Of a stretch of 64,000 nt of DNA, positions 29,201-36,371 are shown one piece after another; the stretch's first letter is position 1, and each line of letters starts with the position of its first letter. The notes beneath the pieces were generated by a model. The model did not search any database, was not told the origin of the DNA, and was given only the letters and a program-made list of their open reading frames with translations. Location: positions 773,149 to 837,148 of the forward strand of contig JBFWOS010000002.1 of NCBI GenBank assembly GCA_050250375.1, given 5' to 3'. Both the position numbers and the translations under genes were made by a program. Source of the DNA: Candidatus Omnitrophota bacterium (GTDB taxonomy: Bacteria > Omnitrophota > Gorgyraeia > Zapsychrales > Zapsychraceae).

Positions 29201-30791
29201 CGGTATTATTCAACAGAATATTATAAAACGATTCTGTATCGCTGGTGATCGTCTGATCGCTTGTCCCGTTAAATGTGATCGTCCCGGTGCCGGCGTTTAG
29301 GGAACCTCCTGTAGAATCCCAGTTCCCTGTTAAATCCATTGTCCCGGTAATCGTGAGTGTTCCATCCAGATCGGCATGATGCGTGCGCACACCTTCCGGT
29401 GAACTCACCGTCACCGTATTACCGGATAAAATTCTTATTTGTTCATCCGAATAACTGTTTCCCGCATCGACAATCAGTACTGTCCCGCTGAAAAGAACAC
29501 TGTGCAGGACATCTTCATCATTGCTGTTACCATAAAGTCCGATTTCCGTGACGCTCAGATTCTGGTTGTCCGTGCTGCCGATGGACAAGACATGGCGGTT
29601 TAAAACCATACCGGTGATATTTCCGGAGCCGTCATACTGTGTAACGGCCGTTGCTTCATCGGCCGTGGCTATATCCCCGTCGCCGTCTTCCGCCCAAACG
29701 GTAATAACCTCATTGGATGTGATCGGAACATCTGCGATCGTCCAGGCCCCGGCTGAGACCGTTCCGGTTAACGCCGTAAAGCGGACCCCGTTAACCGCGA
29801 TCTTAACCAAAGTTCCATCCGCTAAATCCGATGTCCCGGAAATATCCGCCGATGTATAGGAGATAACTAAACGCCCCGGATTTCCGGAGGTTCCGGAAGA
29901 CGATGACGCTCCGCCGGTTCCGCCCTGCCCGGCACTGCCGGCATAATCCGCGTCGCCGTTATTACCTGCCGATGTTCCTGAACCGGCTGTTGTTGATGTT
30001 GAAGACCCGGTTAATAAGGAAGAACCGCCGCCACCGCCGCCACCGCCGGCATTACTCGCCAACGAACCGCTTCCGCCGCCACCGCCAAACCTTCCTGCTC
30101 CACCTCCGCCTCCTCCGCCATAACCATTCGCGTTTGCGTCACCGTTACCACCGGAGGCGCCTCCAATCGTACCGCCGTTTCCCTTCGAACCATCCGCTCC
30201 CTGTCCGCTTCGACCGTCGGCCCCGGCGCCACCGCTCAAGGCTGCCCCGGCCGTGCCTGTATTATTTCCACCTGTGCCTGCGGCCCCGCCGGCCACCGTT
30301 GTTCCGCCGCCACCGCCACCCGAACTGCCAGACGCGCTGCCGGCTGTCCCTGATGAACCGCCTCCCGGTCCGCCATTTCCGCCAGGTGTTACTGAAGAGT
30401 TATCACCGCCTCCACCGCCTCCGCCTCCGGGCGCAATGAGTAACTGAGTCCCGCCGCGCGCTACACCCGAACGGCCCCCCCCACCGCCACCGTCTCCGGA
30501 ATTTGCACCTGAGCCGCCGGTACTAAAATCCCCTTGACCACCGCCGCCTCCCACTGTGATCGTGAGCGACTCCGCCGGTGTGACGACAAGCGTTGCTCCT
30601 GAAAAACCTGCCCCGCCGCCGCTCCCTCCTGTACTGGATGCGTTAGTCCCGCCGCCACCGCCGCCACCGCCTCCTCCCCAAGCTTTAACGCTGACCGAAG
30701 TTACACCTTGGGGTACACTCCAGGAAGAGGACCCTGCTGAATTAAATACAACCTGGGCCGCCCCGGCCGGAGCCGTCCACAGGCCCATCAA
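23277..30791 (-). CDS. Giant (2,504 aa) glycine-rich, beta-helical-repeat surface/adhesin-like protein with a LamG (concanavalin A-like lectin) domain
   Basis: One continuous ORF with a TTG/ATG start at 30791/30788. It has two Gly-rich domains. The first is QVVFNSAGSSSWSVPQGVTSVSVKAWGGGGGGGGGG..., and its counterpart is TQVFTVAGSDTFVVPKGVTEITVKAWGGGGGGGGGG.... Long runs of parallel-beta-helix-type repeats (…GDWxxxGGTF…STVxFxGTSDQ…) follow. A LamG domain (aa ~2101-2323, nt ~23823-24491) ends in GLIDDFRIYNRVLSVPEIQRLANGE. Three module ends share SP[HF]W[IV]F. No classical signal peptide is evident at the N-terminus. Confidence 0.85.
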   Translation of the reverse strand: MMGLWTAPAGAAQVVFNSAGSSSWSVPQGVTSVSVKAWGGGGGGGGGGTNASSTGGSGGGAGFSGATLVVTPAESLTITVGGGGGQGDFSTGGSGANSGDGGGGGGRSGVARGGTQLLIAPGGGGGGGGDNSSVTPGGNGGPGGGSSGTAGSASGSSGGGGGGTTVAGGAAGTGGNNTGTAGAALSGGAGADGRSGQGADGSKGNGGTIGGASGGNGDANANGYGGGGGGGAGRFGGGGGSGSLASNAGGGGGGGGSSLLTGSSTSTTAGSGTSAGNNGDADYAGSAGQGGTGGASSSSGTSGNPGRLVISYTSADISGTSDLADGTLVKIAVNGVRFTALTGTVSAGAWTIADVPITSNEVITVWAEDGDGDIATADEATAVTQYDGSGNITGMVLNRHVLSIGSTDNQNLSVTEIGLYGNSNDEDVLHSVLFSGTVLIVDAGNSYSDEQIRILSGNTVTVSSPEGVRTHHADLDGTLTITGTMDLTGNWDSTGGSLNAGTGTITFNGTSDQTITSDTESFYNILLNNTGSSGNDDIILSDALDINGTLTITDGNLDSGTNNVNINLAGNWLMGASGSLAAGSGVSTVILDGDNQSITGSTTFRNLTKIESTDNSSNTTLTIAASSTQTITNTLNLTGLDDDDRLVLQSNSSGVRFTFDVTGSSQTVSFLNIMDSQASSNDITALSSNNNGGNDNAEASPHWIFAVNRYWVGSAGGNTNSAANWSASENSCGVGGGASVPNTTHNVVFSNSCTNNATVNAAFNVGGILIESGYTGTITPNSSILIDIDGPLNMNDGTINLGANNTDINIAGNIIKTGGTFTAGAGTVLLDGILDLNVDGGTNLGNVLISRSPNNAVNLSSDFLSNTLTIDTGDNLITGGYEVDINGGLTLNGTLDAQSGADGNSTLNVSGDWDMTGGNFINTNSTVVFDGTSSLTSSGGAFNNIQIGSSVTGGVLSTADDLDINGSLTVNNGGATTFNISNDTVFLGGDLDLANLDTFTVTSSTVEFDGTGLQTVASNSETYNIIEVTNSSAFGVQFTESFTTADLVSTTLSAKMEFQQSTTFTVTGSLNLVGEINNEVELDSIDGSTQFSLSVTGGDQIVEFVKVANSNALNNDITARNSVNDGGNDDLTASPFWIFPLPDGFGTQVFTVAGSDTFVVPKGVTEITVKAWGGGGGGGGGGTVGTGGDGSGAAFATATLAVTPMETLDIHVGGSGGAGAFSSGGSGNASGDGAGGGGRTAVFRASTPLLISAGGGGGGGGDNSSATPGGAGGPGGGTTGVNGSASGNAGGGGGADQSSGGSGGTGGNNSGSAGAADTGGAGADGRSGQGADGSAGNGGTTNGGDGGTGDANASGYGAGGGGGSGYYGGGGGSGSQAGNAGGGGGGGGSSFVSGTATSTSDGSGTAAGNNTDTDYAGNAGQGGTGGATSGAGTAGNNGRLVISYTAATVDISGTSDLVDNTIVALAVNGNLCVGMTGVVSSGAWTINNAPILIGDRLTMWAEDGDGDIIAADESSGVTKYDGSGNISGVVLDRHVLTIGSDDNQTFTLTEIGHYDNTDDEDVMYLVTSGTVLIADADGSYTDEELNILPNNSVITVSPEGIVTHHFNLGGTLTLTGTMTVSGDWNSSSGTFNETGSTVTFNGTSDQMVDNLNQPFENFAVFNTGVPGSDNVILQYDQDINGNINISDGELDAGTNQVLMTVSGDWIASSLGTFDPGTSTVTFDGTAGTVTVALGSSTFYNVVIDDADGGADYTIELGGTFTVGGTLSLLDGTLDSHATNNYSSFIFGNWINADTFIARNGTVTFNSTANPVTITGPTTFYNLGFAGTSANDIHVSDDLLVQQDLSMSNASGSDLLADGTEIHTITVSGDINKSGAGSIEDDILLIADGTVTQTLTSGGGSIGDLQISNTSAEVILASGLVVDGTITIDAGATFDWGVYDFTTNAGSTITVDGLLQLAGSQTITLDSGPVFNPGSGAEYTATSGTHVIQDWTYQFLRINGLGGTFMMGADEILGSDFEVLAGVFQTDGYDLTINGLVDLDSTLDATAGTAGNSTIIVDGSWDMTGGTFTNADSTVLFISTNPQTITSGTSSFHHLIINDGLIAYWKMDETTGTTAYGSSGFQRDMIYVNNTTPNTGTSAMIHFDNPASLQFDGTTDYIIDSDAENYINGLSEFTVSLWVKADATGVDDGFFNGEPPNGGDNIFTLRYDLSGASGGGTNVIKCGLQVSGVNRQYESASFVQTTNWQHLALTWSSGNPIRLYIDGNLDTPTYSDAALSGTMTGATELRIGQGGKDAAAGWDGLIDDFRIYNRVLSVPEIQRLANGEQPSTALAIYTIQDALDINGTLFLNAGELDTGANEPITVSGDWNNNGGIFDPHSGNVVMDGADQNVNSSETFYDFSKQLSSGPSRTLSFGKSSTVTINNTLNLQGFSDVIPLYLRSSMAGTRFTFDVVSGIQSTYFLDVQDSQTSSNNIKSFSSINSGNTDSEEAPPHWVFGPLMGAVMIVD
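23280..27374 (-). repeat. Copy 2 (aa 1140-2504) of the intragenic tandem duplication; it carries the LamG insertion
   Basis: Homologous to copy 1 over its length, and ~226 aa longer. The extra length is accounted for by the LamG domain at nt ~23823-24491. Boundaries are approximate. Confidence 0.55.
27375..30791 (-). repeat. Copy 1 (aa 1-1139) of the ~3.4 kb intragenic tandem duplication in the giant gene
   Basis: V35 of VKAWGGGG maps to nt 30687-30689 and its homolog V1169 to nt 27285-27287, an offset of 1,134 aa (3,402 nt). The protein segments align (e.g. AEDGDGDIATADEATAVTQYDGSGNITGMVLNRHVL vs AEDGDGDIIAADESSGVTKYDGSGNISGVVLDRHVL). Nucleotide identity is ~70%. Boundaries are approximate. 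Confidence 0.6.
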
Positions 30792-31127
30792 AATACTTAA
30801 CCAAATACATTTTTGAGTTTTTTTAAATTTCTCAGATAGAATAATAACAAACCTTTCAAAATTTAAGAATGATTGAAAACTACAGAATAATATTTAATAT
30901 TAAGATTAATCTTATTTTATTATTTCTATTTTAAAACAGATCTATTTATATTTCTCCCCTAAATTCCATTTTTTTCCAAAAAAAACTTTTAAGTAAAATA
31001 TCTGATATCGGTAAGAATTGAAAAATCGGTGCTGAAGAAATAACGGGGAAGGAGAAATTCATCCACTTGATTTCTAACACTCAATCAAATGGATGAAGAA
31101 TGATTTTGGAGAATTGATCCGGAAATT
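30792..31127. promoter_or_regulatory. 336-bp strongly AT-rich intergenic tract upstream of the giant gene (putative complex promoter/regulatory region)
   Basis: Read directly. The tract is dominated by A/T runs (tttttgagtttttttaaatttctc..., attaagattaatcttattttattatttctattttaaaa). Flanking coding DNA is ~50% GC, and the adjacent Gly-rich gene segment is >65% GC. No ORF of 60 aa or more falls here. Confidence 0.4.
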
Positions 31128-32177
31128 TTATAAGGATAACGATCCCATATCAATGACGAAACGGTATTTAACGTCACTTTTCAGAATCCGGGTGTATGCT
31201 TCATTGATTTTCTGAACAGGGATTTTTTCAATATCACAAACGATCTTGTGTTTCCCGCAGAAATCGAGCATTTCCTGGGTTTCTTTAAGACCTCCGATCA
31301 GAGATCCCGCCAATTGCCGGCGTTGCATGATCAGGTTGAAGCTGGCCACCTGAAGCGGTTTTTCCGGGGCCCCGACCAGGACCATCGTACCGGATCTCTT
31401 TAATAGCGTCAGGTAAACGTTGATATCATGATCCGCCGAAACGGTATCCAGGATAAAATCAAAACTTTTCGTGTGTTTGTCCATCTCCTCCTGGTTTTTG
31501 GAAATGACAACATCATGCGCGCCGAGCCGTTTGGCATCGGTCTTTTTATCGGGTGAAGTTGTAAACAGGACGACCCGTGCCCCAAGGGCATTAGCGAATT
31601 TCACGCCCATATGCCCGAGCCCGCCCAAACCAACAATCCCGACCTTCTGGCCTTTTTTGACGCCCCAGCGGCGTAATGGCGAATACGTGGTAATACCCGC
31701 GCACAGTAAAGGCGCGGCCGCCGCCAGATCAAGTTTGGGAGGAACACGCAACACAAAATCTTCATCCACCACAATCATCTGCGTGTACCCGCCGTAGGTG
31801 ATCCCTCCGGTTTGTTTTTCTGAACTGTTGTAGGTAAAGATCGGACCGTCGTCGCAATGCTGTTCCAGGTCATCTTTACAGCTCGGACACTTACGGCAGG
31901 AATCCACCAGGCAACCCACCGCGGCGATATCTCCGGATTTAAATTTTTTGACTTTGGAGCCGGTCTTGACGACCCGGCCGATGATCTCGTGTCCAGGGAC
32001 ACACGGATAAGTTGTATTATGCCATTCATTCCTGACTTGATGGATGTCCGAATGACAGACTCCGCAATAAAGAATCTCAATTTGCACATCGGTCTTGCCG
32101 ACGTCACGACGATTGATGGTGATGAGCTTTAAGTCTGTTTTGGCGTTTTGAGCCCCGTATCCGCGGATTTCAATCAT
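31128..32177 (-). CDS. Zn-dependent NAD(P)-dependent alcohol dehydrogenase (YahK/cinnamyl-ADH-like, MDR superfamily)
   Basis: Catalytic and structural Zn motifs: GVCHSDIH, GHEIIGRVV, CRKCPSCKDDLEQHC. Rossmann motif GIVGLGGLGHMG. The preferred start is MIEIRGYG (ATG at 32177), with AAAAGGAA 8 nt upstream. Confidence 0.85.
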   Translation of the reverse strand: MIEIRGYGAQNAKTDLKLITINRRDVGKTDVQIEILYCGVCHSDIHQVRNEWHNTTYPCVPGHEIIGRVVKTGSKVKKFKSGDIAAVGCLVDSCRKCPSCKDDLEQHCDDGPIFTYNSSEKQTGGITYGGYTQMIVVDEDFVLRVPPKLDLAAAAPLLCAGITTYSPLRRWGVKKGQKVGIVGLGGLGHMGVKFANALGARVVLFTTSPDKKTDAKRLGAHDVVISKNQEEMDKHTKSFDFILDTVSADHDINVYLTLLKRSGTMVLVGAPEKPLQVASFNLIMQRRQLAGSLIGGLKETQEMLDFCGKHKIVCDIEKIPVQKINEAYTRILKSDVKYRFVIDMGSLSL

Positions 32178-32239
32178 ACCCATTTCCTTTTTAGTTTAAA
32201 ATAAGGGGCCGACACAAAACCGCATCGGCCCCTTATCCG

Positions 32240-32416
32240 TTAACGGCCTGAATCTTTACGTTTGGCGAAACAATTTTTACAGTAAATCGGACGGTCGCCT
32301 CTTGGTTTAAAAGGGACTTCGCATTCACTGTTACACTCCGAACAGGTTGCTTTGTGCCACTCACGTGGACCGCCCCCGCCGAACCCGCTGCCACCACCTG
32401 GTTTGTAAACCATCAT
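32240..32416 (-). CDS. Unannotated 58-aa Gly-rich CxxC...CxxC zinc-ribbon protein
   Basis: Hand translation of the reverse complement gives MMVYKPGGGSGFGGGGPREWHKATCSECNSECEVPFKPRGDRPIYCKNCFAKRKDSGR*. AAAGGAGAAAT lies immediately upstream of the ATG, and a TAA stop is at 32240-32242. The two CxxC pairs are 17 residues apart. The ORF is below the 60-aa cut-off of the supplied track. Confidence 0.55.
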   Translation of the reverse strand: MMVYKPGGGSGFGGGGPREWHKATCSECNSECEVPFKPRGDRPIYCKNCFAKRKDSGR

Positions 32417-32760
32417 ATTTCTCCTTTTTGTTTGGTTGAAAGAATTCCGGGGGCATTACAAGTTTAATCCGGTAAGTGTCACCTGAAATTCTAAAATTGA
32501 CACGATTAACTGACCGTGCGTTTTTTTCAATTGATATTTGTAATTAATTTTTATTAAAACCGGAGCCTGGGCTGCAGGTTTTTCTCATAGATTAGTGCCG
32601 ATACCGTTGATTTTACCCTTGACGATTATCCTTATCGTACGGCGGGTTGACCGGAGCTATGTTCACCAAGATTAATGAGGTCAAAATACATTTATTGAAT
32701 TAAGTACTGCAGGATATTAATAAGAGATTATGACTGATTTCACCGGATTAGTCTACATAA

Positions 32761-34605
32761 TTAATTTCTTTTATCAAGGCCGCGGTCTGCCGGGATCATC
32801 ACCGTAAAGGTCGTTCCTTTGCCGACTTCAGAGGAGACCTTGATCTGGCCGCCGATTTTTTGAATGATATCAAAACTGATGCTCAACCCCAAACCGGTCC
32901 CCTTGCCGACCGGTTTGGTTGTAAAAAACGGGTTAAAAATCCTGTTCAAATTTTCCTGTGCAATCCCTGCGCCGGTATCGGCAAAGGAAACGTAAATGTA
33001 TTCTTGGTCGCTGGAGGTTTTAATCGTAATAGTTCCATGTTTCTCAATCGCCTGTGCCGCGTTGACCAAAAGATTGATAAATACTTGGCCCAGATGCTGG
33101 GGATGACAATGGATGGCCGGCGTTTTTGAATACTCCTTAACCAGATCGGCTTTATATTTGATTTCATTTTGAACAATACCGAGCACACCATCAACGATGT
33201 CTTCAACACAGGTTAATTTTTTCTCTTTATCGTCAGTCCTTGCGAATGACTTCAGGTCAGAAACGATTGATTTGATTCGCTCCGTTCCTTTTTTTGTTTC
33301 TCCCAGAAGATTATTAAGATCCGTGCGGATAAATTCAAGGTCAATGTTTTTGGCGGCTGTTTCCATCTTGAGGATGGTGTCGGCAACGCGGTTGGTGTTC
33401 CCCGCCTCCAGGGCGGCTTTCAGATCCGGGATATATTGGATAATCGCGTCGTAAATTTTTACATACTCTTCCAAAGATTCAAGATTACTGGAGATATATC
33501 CGACAGGATTATTAATTTCGTGGGCCACTCCCGCCGCCAGATGTCCGATTGAGGCCATTTTTTCGGATTGCAGGAGCTGGAACTGTGTTTCCCCCAGTTG
33601 ATGTTCGGCTTTTTTTCGTTCAGCAATTTCGTTGAGCAAAGTTTCTTTTTGAATGAAAAACTGCTGAATAAGTTTCGCCAGCCGGCCGAATTCGGTTTTG
33701 TTATCCAAAAGGTTTTTAATCCCGGACAGATCTTCTTTTTCCAGGGTTAACGCGATCTGACGAAGCGGTCGGCTGACCCAACGAAACAAAAATGTCATAA
33801 TCAGAATTGACAGCAAGATAGAGAAAGCAATAAACAGGAAAAGGACCTGTTTTGAATTTCTGATGGAACTCTGGACCGTGAGAGATTCAGCGACAGCGAT
33901 TAATTCTCCAACGACCTGTTTATCCAAACCCGGCAAATCATGCGTCAATAAAATCGTTTTAATTGAGGACGTTTCCGGTGTTTTTTGCGGTCCTTCGGCC
34001 AAGGTAATCTCTGCTCCGGTCAGCAAGGACAGTTCATCCAGAAACGATTTATCCCATAACCGTCCGGCAAAAAAATAACCGAAACATTCATTTTCTCGAT
34101 TCTGGTCATCGGTTTTATGGATGGCTGCCCCGCGCAACTCCAGCAGACCGGCCTCTGTCCGGACAAAAAAATGCCGAAATGGTGATGCCGCAAATAACGC
34201 AGGAATATTGTTCGGCATGGCTGATTGAAAGACATCGCCCACGACGTCCTGATTGTTCGTGTAATAAACGGGACTGCCGTTGAGATTATAGACCAAAACA
34301 ACATTGGCCTTGTAAGTTTCCAAAGAGGCTTCCAGGTTTGCGGTCGCCCAAGATTCATCATAGTTTAATACAAATTCAACCATTTCATCCCAATAAGTAT
34401 AATCATAGCTGAGTGTGTAAAGGCTTTCGCCTTTCAGTGAAATGAGTTTTTTCAGAACTTCCTGGTGGCTGTTTTTCTCCGTCTGCCACAGTTCTTTAAG
34501 CCGTTGATGCTCCATCCTGACATAAAAAAGAATCATCAGGGTGAAAACGGCAAACACCAGACACAAATGAAATAAAATCTTTCTTTGTAAAGTCATACGA
34601 AACAC
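32761..34605 (-). CDS. Orphan sensor histidine kinase (two TM with a periplasmic sensor domain, HisKA, HATPase_c)
   Basis: H-box region AAGVAHEINNPVGYISSNLESL and G-box GTGLGLSISFDI. TM helices at aa ~10-30 and ~250-270. No response regulator gene is adjacent. Confidence 0.85.
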   Translation of the reverse strand: MFRMTLQRKILFHLCLVFAVFTLMILFYVRMEHQRLKELWQTEKNSHQEVLKKLISLKGESLYTLSYDYTYWDEMVEFVLNYDESWATANLEASLETYKANVVLVYNLNGSPVYYTNNQDVVGDVFQSAMPNNIPALFAASPFRHFFVRTEAGLLELRGAAIHKTDDQNRENECFGYFFAGRLWDKSFLDELSLLTGAEITLAEGPQKTPETSSIKTILLTHDLPGLDKQVVGELIAVAESLTVQSSIRNSKQVLFLFIAFSILLSILIMTFLFRWVSRPLRQIALTLEKEDLSGIKNLLDNKTEFGRLAKLIQQFFIQKETLLNEIAERKKAEHQLGETQFQLLQSEKMASIGHLAAGVAHEINNPVGYISSNLESLEEYVKIYDAIIQYIPDLKAALEAGNTNRVADTILKMETAAKNIDLEFIRTDLNNLLGETKKGTERIKSIVSDLKSFARTDDKEKKLTCVEDIVDGVLGIVQNEIKYKADLVKEYSKTPAIHCHPQHLGQVFINLLVNAAQAIEKHGTITIKTSSDQEYIYVSFADTGAGIAQENLNRIFNPFFTTKPVGKGTGLGLSISFDIIQKIGGQIKVSSEVGKGTTFTVMIPADRGLDKRN

Positions 34606-34704
34606 TTATGAAAGTTGGTTTATTTATGGAAGTCGGTTCAAGGCAGCTGATTAATACTGATTATGCCGTGTGCGGAATGATTCGTCTATGAAAATATCGA
34701 TTTT

Positions 34705-35115
34705 TTAATCACTGTATTCAAAGATGACCGGGGTTTGCACATCCGGGTGCAGGCTTTTGTGGACCGGGCAGTTGAGGGCCGTATCTTCCAGAAGTTTTCG
34801 TTGGTCGGGAACAATCCCTTTCGGCATTTTAATCTTTACGGTGACTTTCCCGATGCGTCGAAACGGCTGGGTGACCATTTCTTTTTCAATATCAACGGTT
34901 GCTCCGGTCAGATCAATCTTATGGCGCTGGGCCGCGATGCCCATGACGGTCAGCATGCACGAACCGAGCGAGGCGGCCAGCAGGTCGGTCGGAGAAAAGG
35001 CCTCGCCCTTCCCCATGTTGTCAACCGGAGCATCCGTCTTGATCTCATCACCCGACGGACCGTGGGTTAAGCGGCACCGTAAATTTCCTTCATAAATCAC
35101 TTGCATTTTAACCAT
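34705..35115 (-). CDS. OsmC/Ohr-family peroxiredoxin-like protein
   Basis: FSPTDLLAASLGSCMLTVMGIAAQ...ALNCPVHKSL carries the two conserved Cys of OsmC. 136 aa. Confidence 0.8.
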   Translation of the reverse strand: MVKMQVIYEGNLRCRLTHGPSGDEIKTDAPVDNMGKGEAFSPTDLLAASLGSCMLTVMGIAAQRHKIDLTGATVDIEKEMVTQPFRRIGKVTVKIKMPKGIVPDQRKLLEDTALNCPVHKSLHPDVQTPVIFEYSD

Positions 35116-35184
35116 TTTATTTATTCCTTATTAAACAATATTTAAAAATGAGGATAAATTTATTACAAATAGTTCCGGATAAAG

Positions 35185-35631
35185 TTATTTGTCAAAGACG
35201 ACTTCCGATGGAAAGATGCTGTCCGGTTCCGTATGAAATTTAAAATTGATGACAACCCACGTCTCTCCTGTTTTGTAAGTCAGGAAGTATGTGAACAGCG
35301 GCCCCTTCTCATAATTAATCTGTATATACTGAAGGCGGCTTGAAGGTGTAATTTCAACTTCTTTAATACTTTCAAATCCTGTATATTTTCCGTAAAATCC
35401 TTCGATCTGGCGCAGGATGTTGGCCTGGCTGAGCGCATCCTTGTCGCCTTCCATAGGGCTTCCGGCCAGCCATCCCTGGATTGCGGCATCAGCGCCGGAC
35501 TCTTTATACGCGTTCATGCCTTTCGTGATCGCTTCGGGTATATTGTTTGCATGGACAAAATCTGCCCGGATTGCCATGATCATAAATGCCAATAAAACGG
35601 CGGAAAACATCCGGTGAGTATGAAAAACCAT
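35185..35631 (-). CDS. Hypothetical secreted protein
   Basis: The internal start MVFHTHRMFSAVLLAFMIMAIRA (a signal peptide) at 35631 has AGGAGG upstream. The longer ORF-track start would overlap the carbonic anhydrase gene. Confidence 0.5.
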   Translation of the reverse strand: MVFHTHRMFSAVLLAFMIMAIRADFVHANNIPEAITKGMNAYKESGADAAIQGWLAGSPMEGDKDALSQANILRQIEGFYGKYTGFESIKEVEITPSSRLQYIQINYEKGPLFTYFLTYKTGETWVVINFKFHTEPDSIFPSEVVFDK

Positions 35632-35671
35632 ATCGGCCTCCTGTGTTAGAGAAATAAAAACTATGGATATC

Positions 35672-36289
35672 TTAAGAAATATTTGTTTTCTGAGCACGGG
35701 CGTCCATGGAACACAGCCCCTTGAGCAATCCGTCATGCAGGTCATAGATCAAGGCATGCACGGTGAGGTCAGCGCCTCTTTTCCAGGCATCCTGCACAAT
35801 TGATGTCTGGCAGACATTGCGGGCCTGTTCGAGGACGTTCAGCTCACACAGCCGTTTCATCCGCTTTTCTTTATTTTTGATTTTCTTTAATTCAGACGTA
35901 AATTTGAATTGTACATCCAGGATATGCCGCAGCCAATTGTCGATCAATCCCAACCGGGTGGACTCAAAGGCGGCCTGGACACCGCCGCATCCGTAGTGTC
36001 CGCAGACAATCACATAATTGACTTTTAGAACTTCGACCGCATATTGAAGGACAGACAAACAATTAAGATCGGTGTGGACAACAAGGTTTGCCACATTGCG
36101 GTGGACAAATAATTCACCCGGCAGCAGCCCGGTTATTTCATTGGCCGGAACCCGGCTGTCGGAACAACCGATCCATAAATATTTGGGTGTTTGCAGATGG
36201 GAGAGTTTTGAAAAAAAATCAGGATCCAGCTTGAGCATCTTTTCGGCCCACTGCCGGTTGTTGCTGAATAAAGTCTTCAATTTAGACAT
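35672..36289 (-). CDS. Beta-class carbonic anhydrase
   Basis: Zinc ligand motifs CSDSRV and HYGCGG are present (Cys-x-Asp-x-Arg ... His-x-x-Cys). Confidence 0.8.
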   Translation of the reverse strand: MSKLKTLFSNNRQWAEKMLKLDPDFFSKLSHLQTPKYLWIGCSDSRVPANEITGLLPGELFVHRNVANLVVHTDLNCLSVLQYAVEVLKVNYVIVCGHYGCGGVQAAFESTRLGLIDNWLRHILDVQFKFTSELKKIKNKEKRMKRLCELNVLEQARNVCQTSIVQDAWKRGADLTVHALIYDLHDGLLKGLCSMDARAQKTNIS

Positions 36290-36371
36290 GGCATCCCTTT
36301 CGTTTAAGTGAATGAATTATACACAAAACGGTCTTGCCATACAATCGATTATCCGTAAAAACAAGAAGTCA

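Noticed and set aside
26400-30740. Checked whether the highly repetitive G/C-rich tracts could be a CRISPR array or a mobile-element repeat
   Set aside because: The repeats are imperfect and codon-structured (GGN)n within one ORF. There are no regularly spaced identical direct repeats with unique spacers and no cas, transposase or integrase genes in the window.
24776-30816. Numerous plus-strand ORFs of 60-400 aa (e.g. 26737..27618, 27628..28848, 29903..30439, 30253..30447, 30556..30816) and a minus-strand alternate-frame ORF (26366..27160) inside the giant gene. Many are Pro/Arg/Ala-rich with PPPPPP runs.
   Set aside because: They are antisense or off-frame readings of the GGN-rich glycine-coding DNA (GGN read antisense gives NCC, Pro/Ala). 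The 2,504-aa minus-strand frame is continuous and has coherent domain and repeat structure, and the overlapping ORFs have no independent support.
32417-32760. 344-bp non-coding region between the orphan histidine kinase and the zinc-ribbon ORF, examined for a tRNA or ncRNA
   Set aside because: No tRNA-like T-arm (GTTCRANYC) or acceptor complementarity was seen. A weak hairpin plus T run (gcctgggctgcaggtttttctc) is on the plus strand, where no gene is upstream. The evidence for any RNA gene is insufficient.
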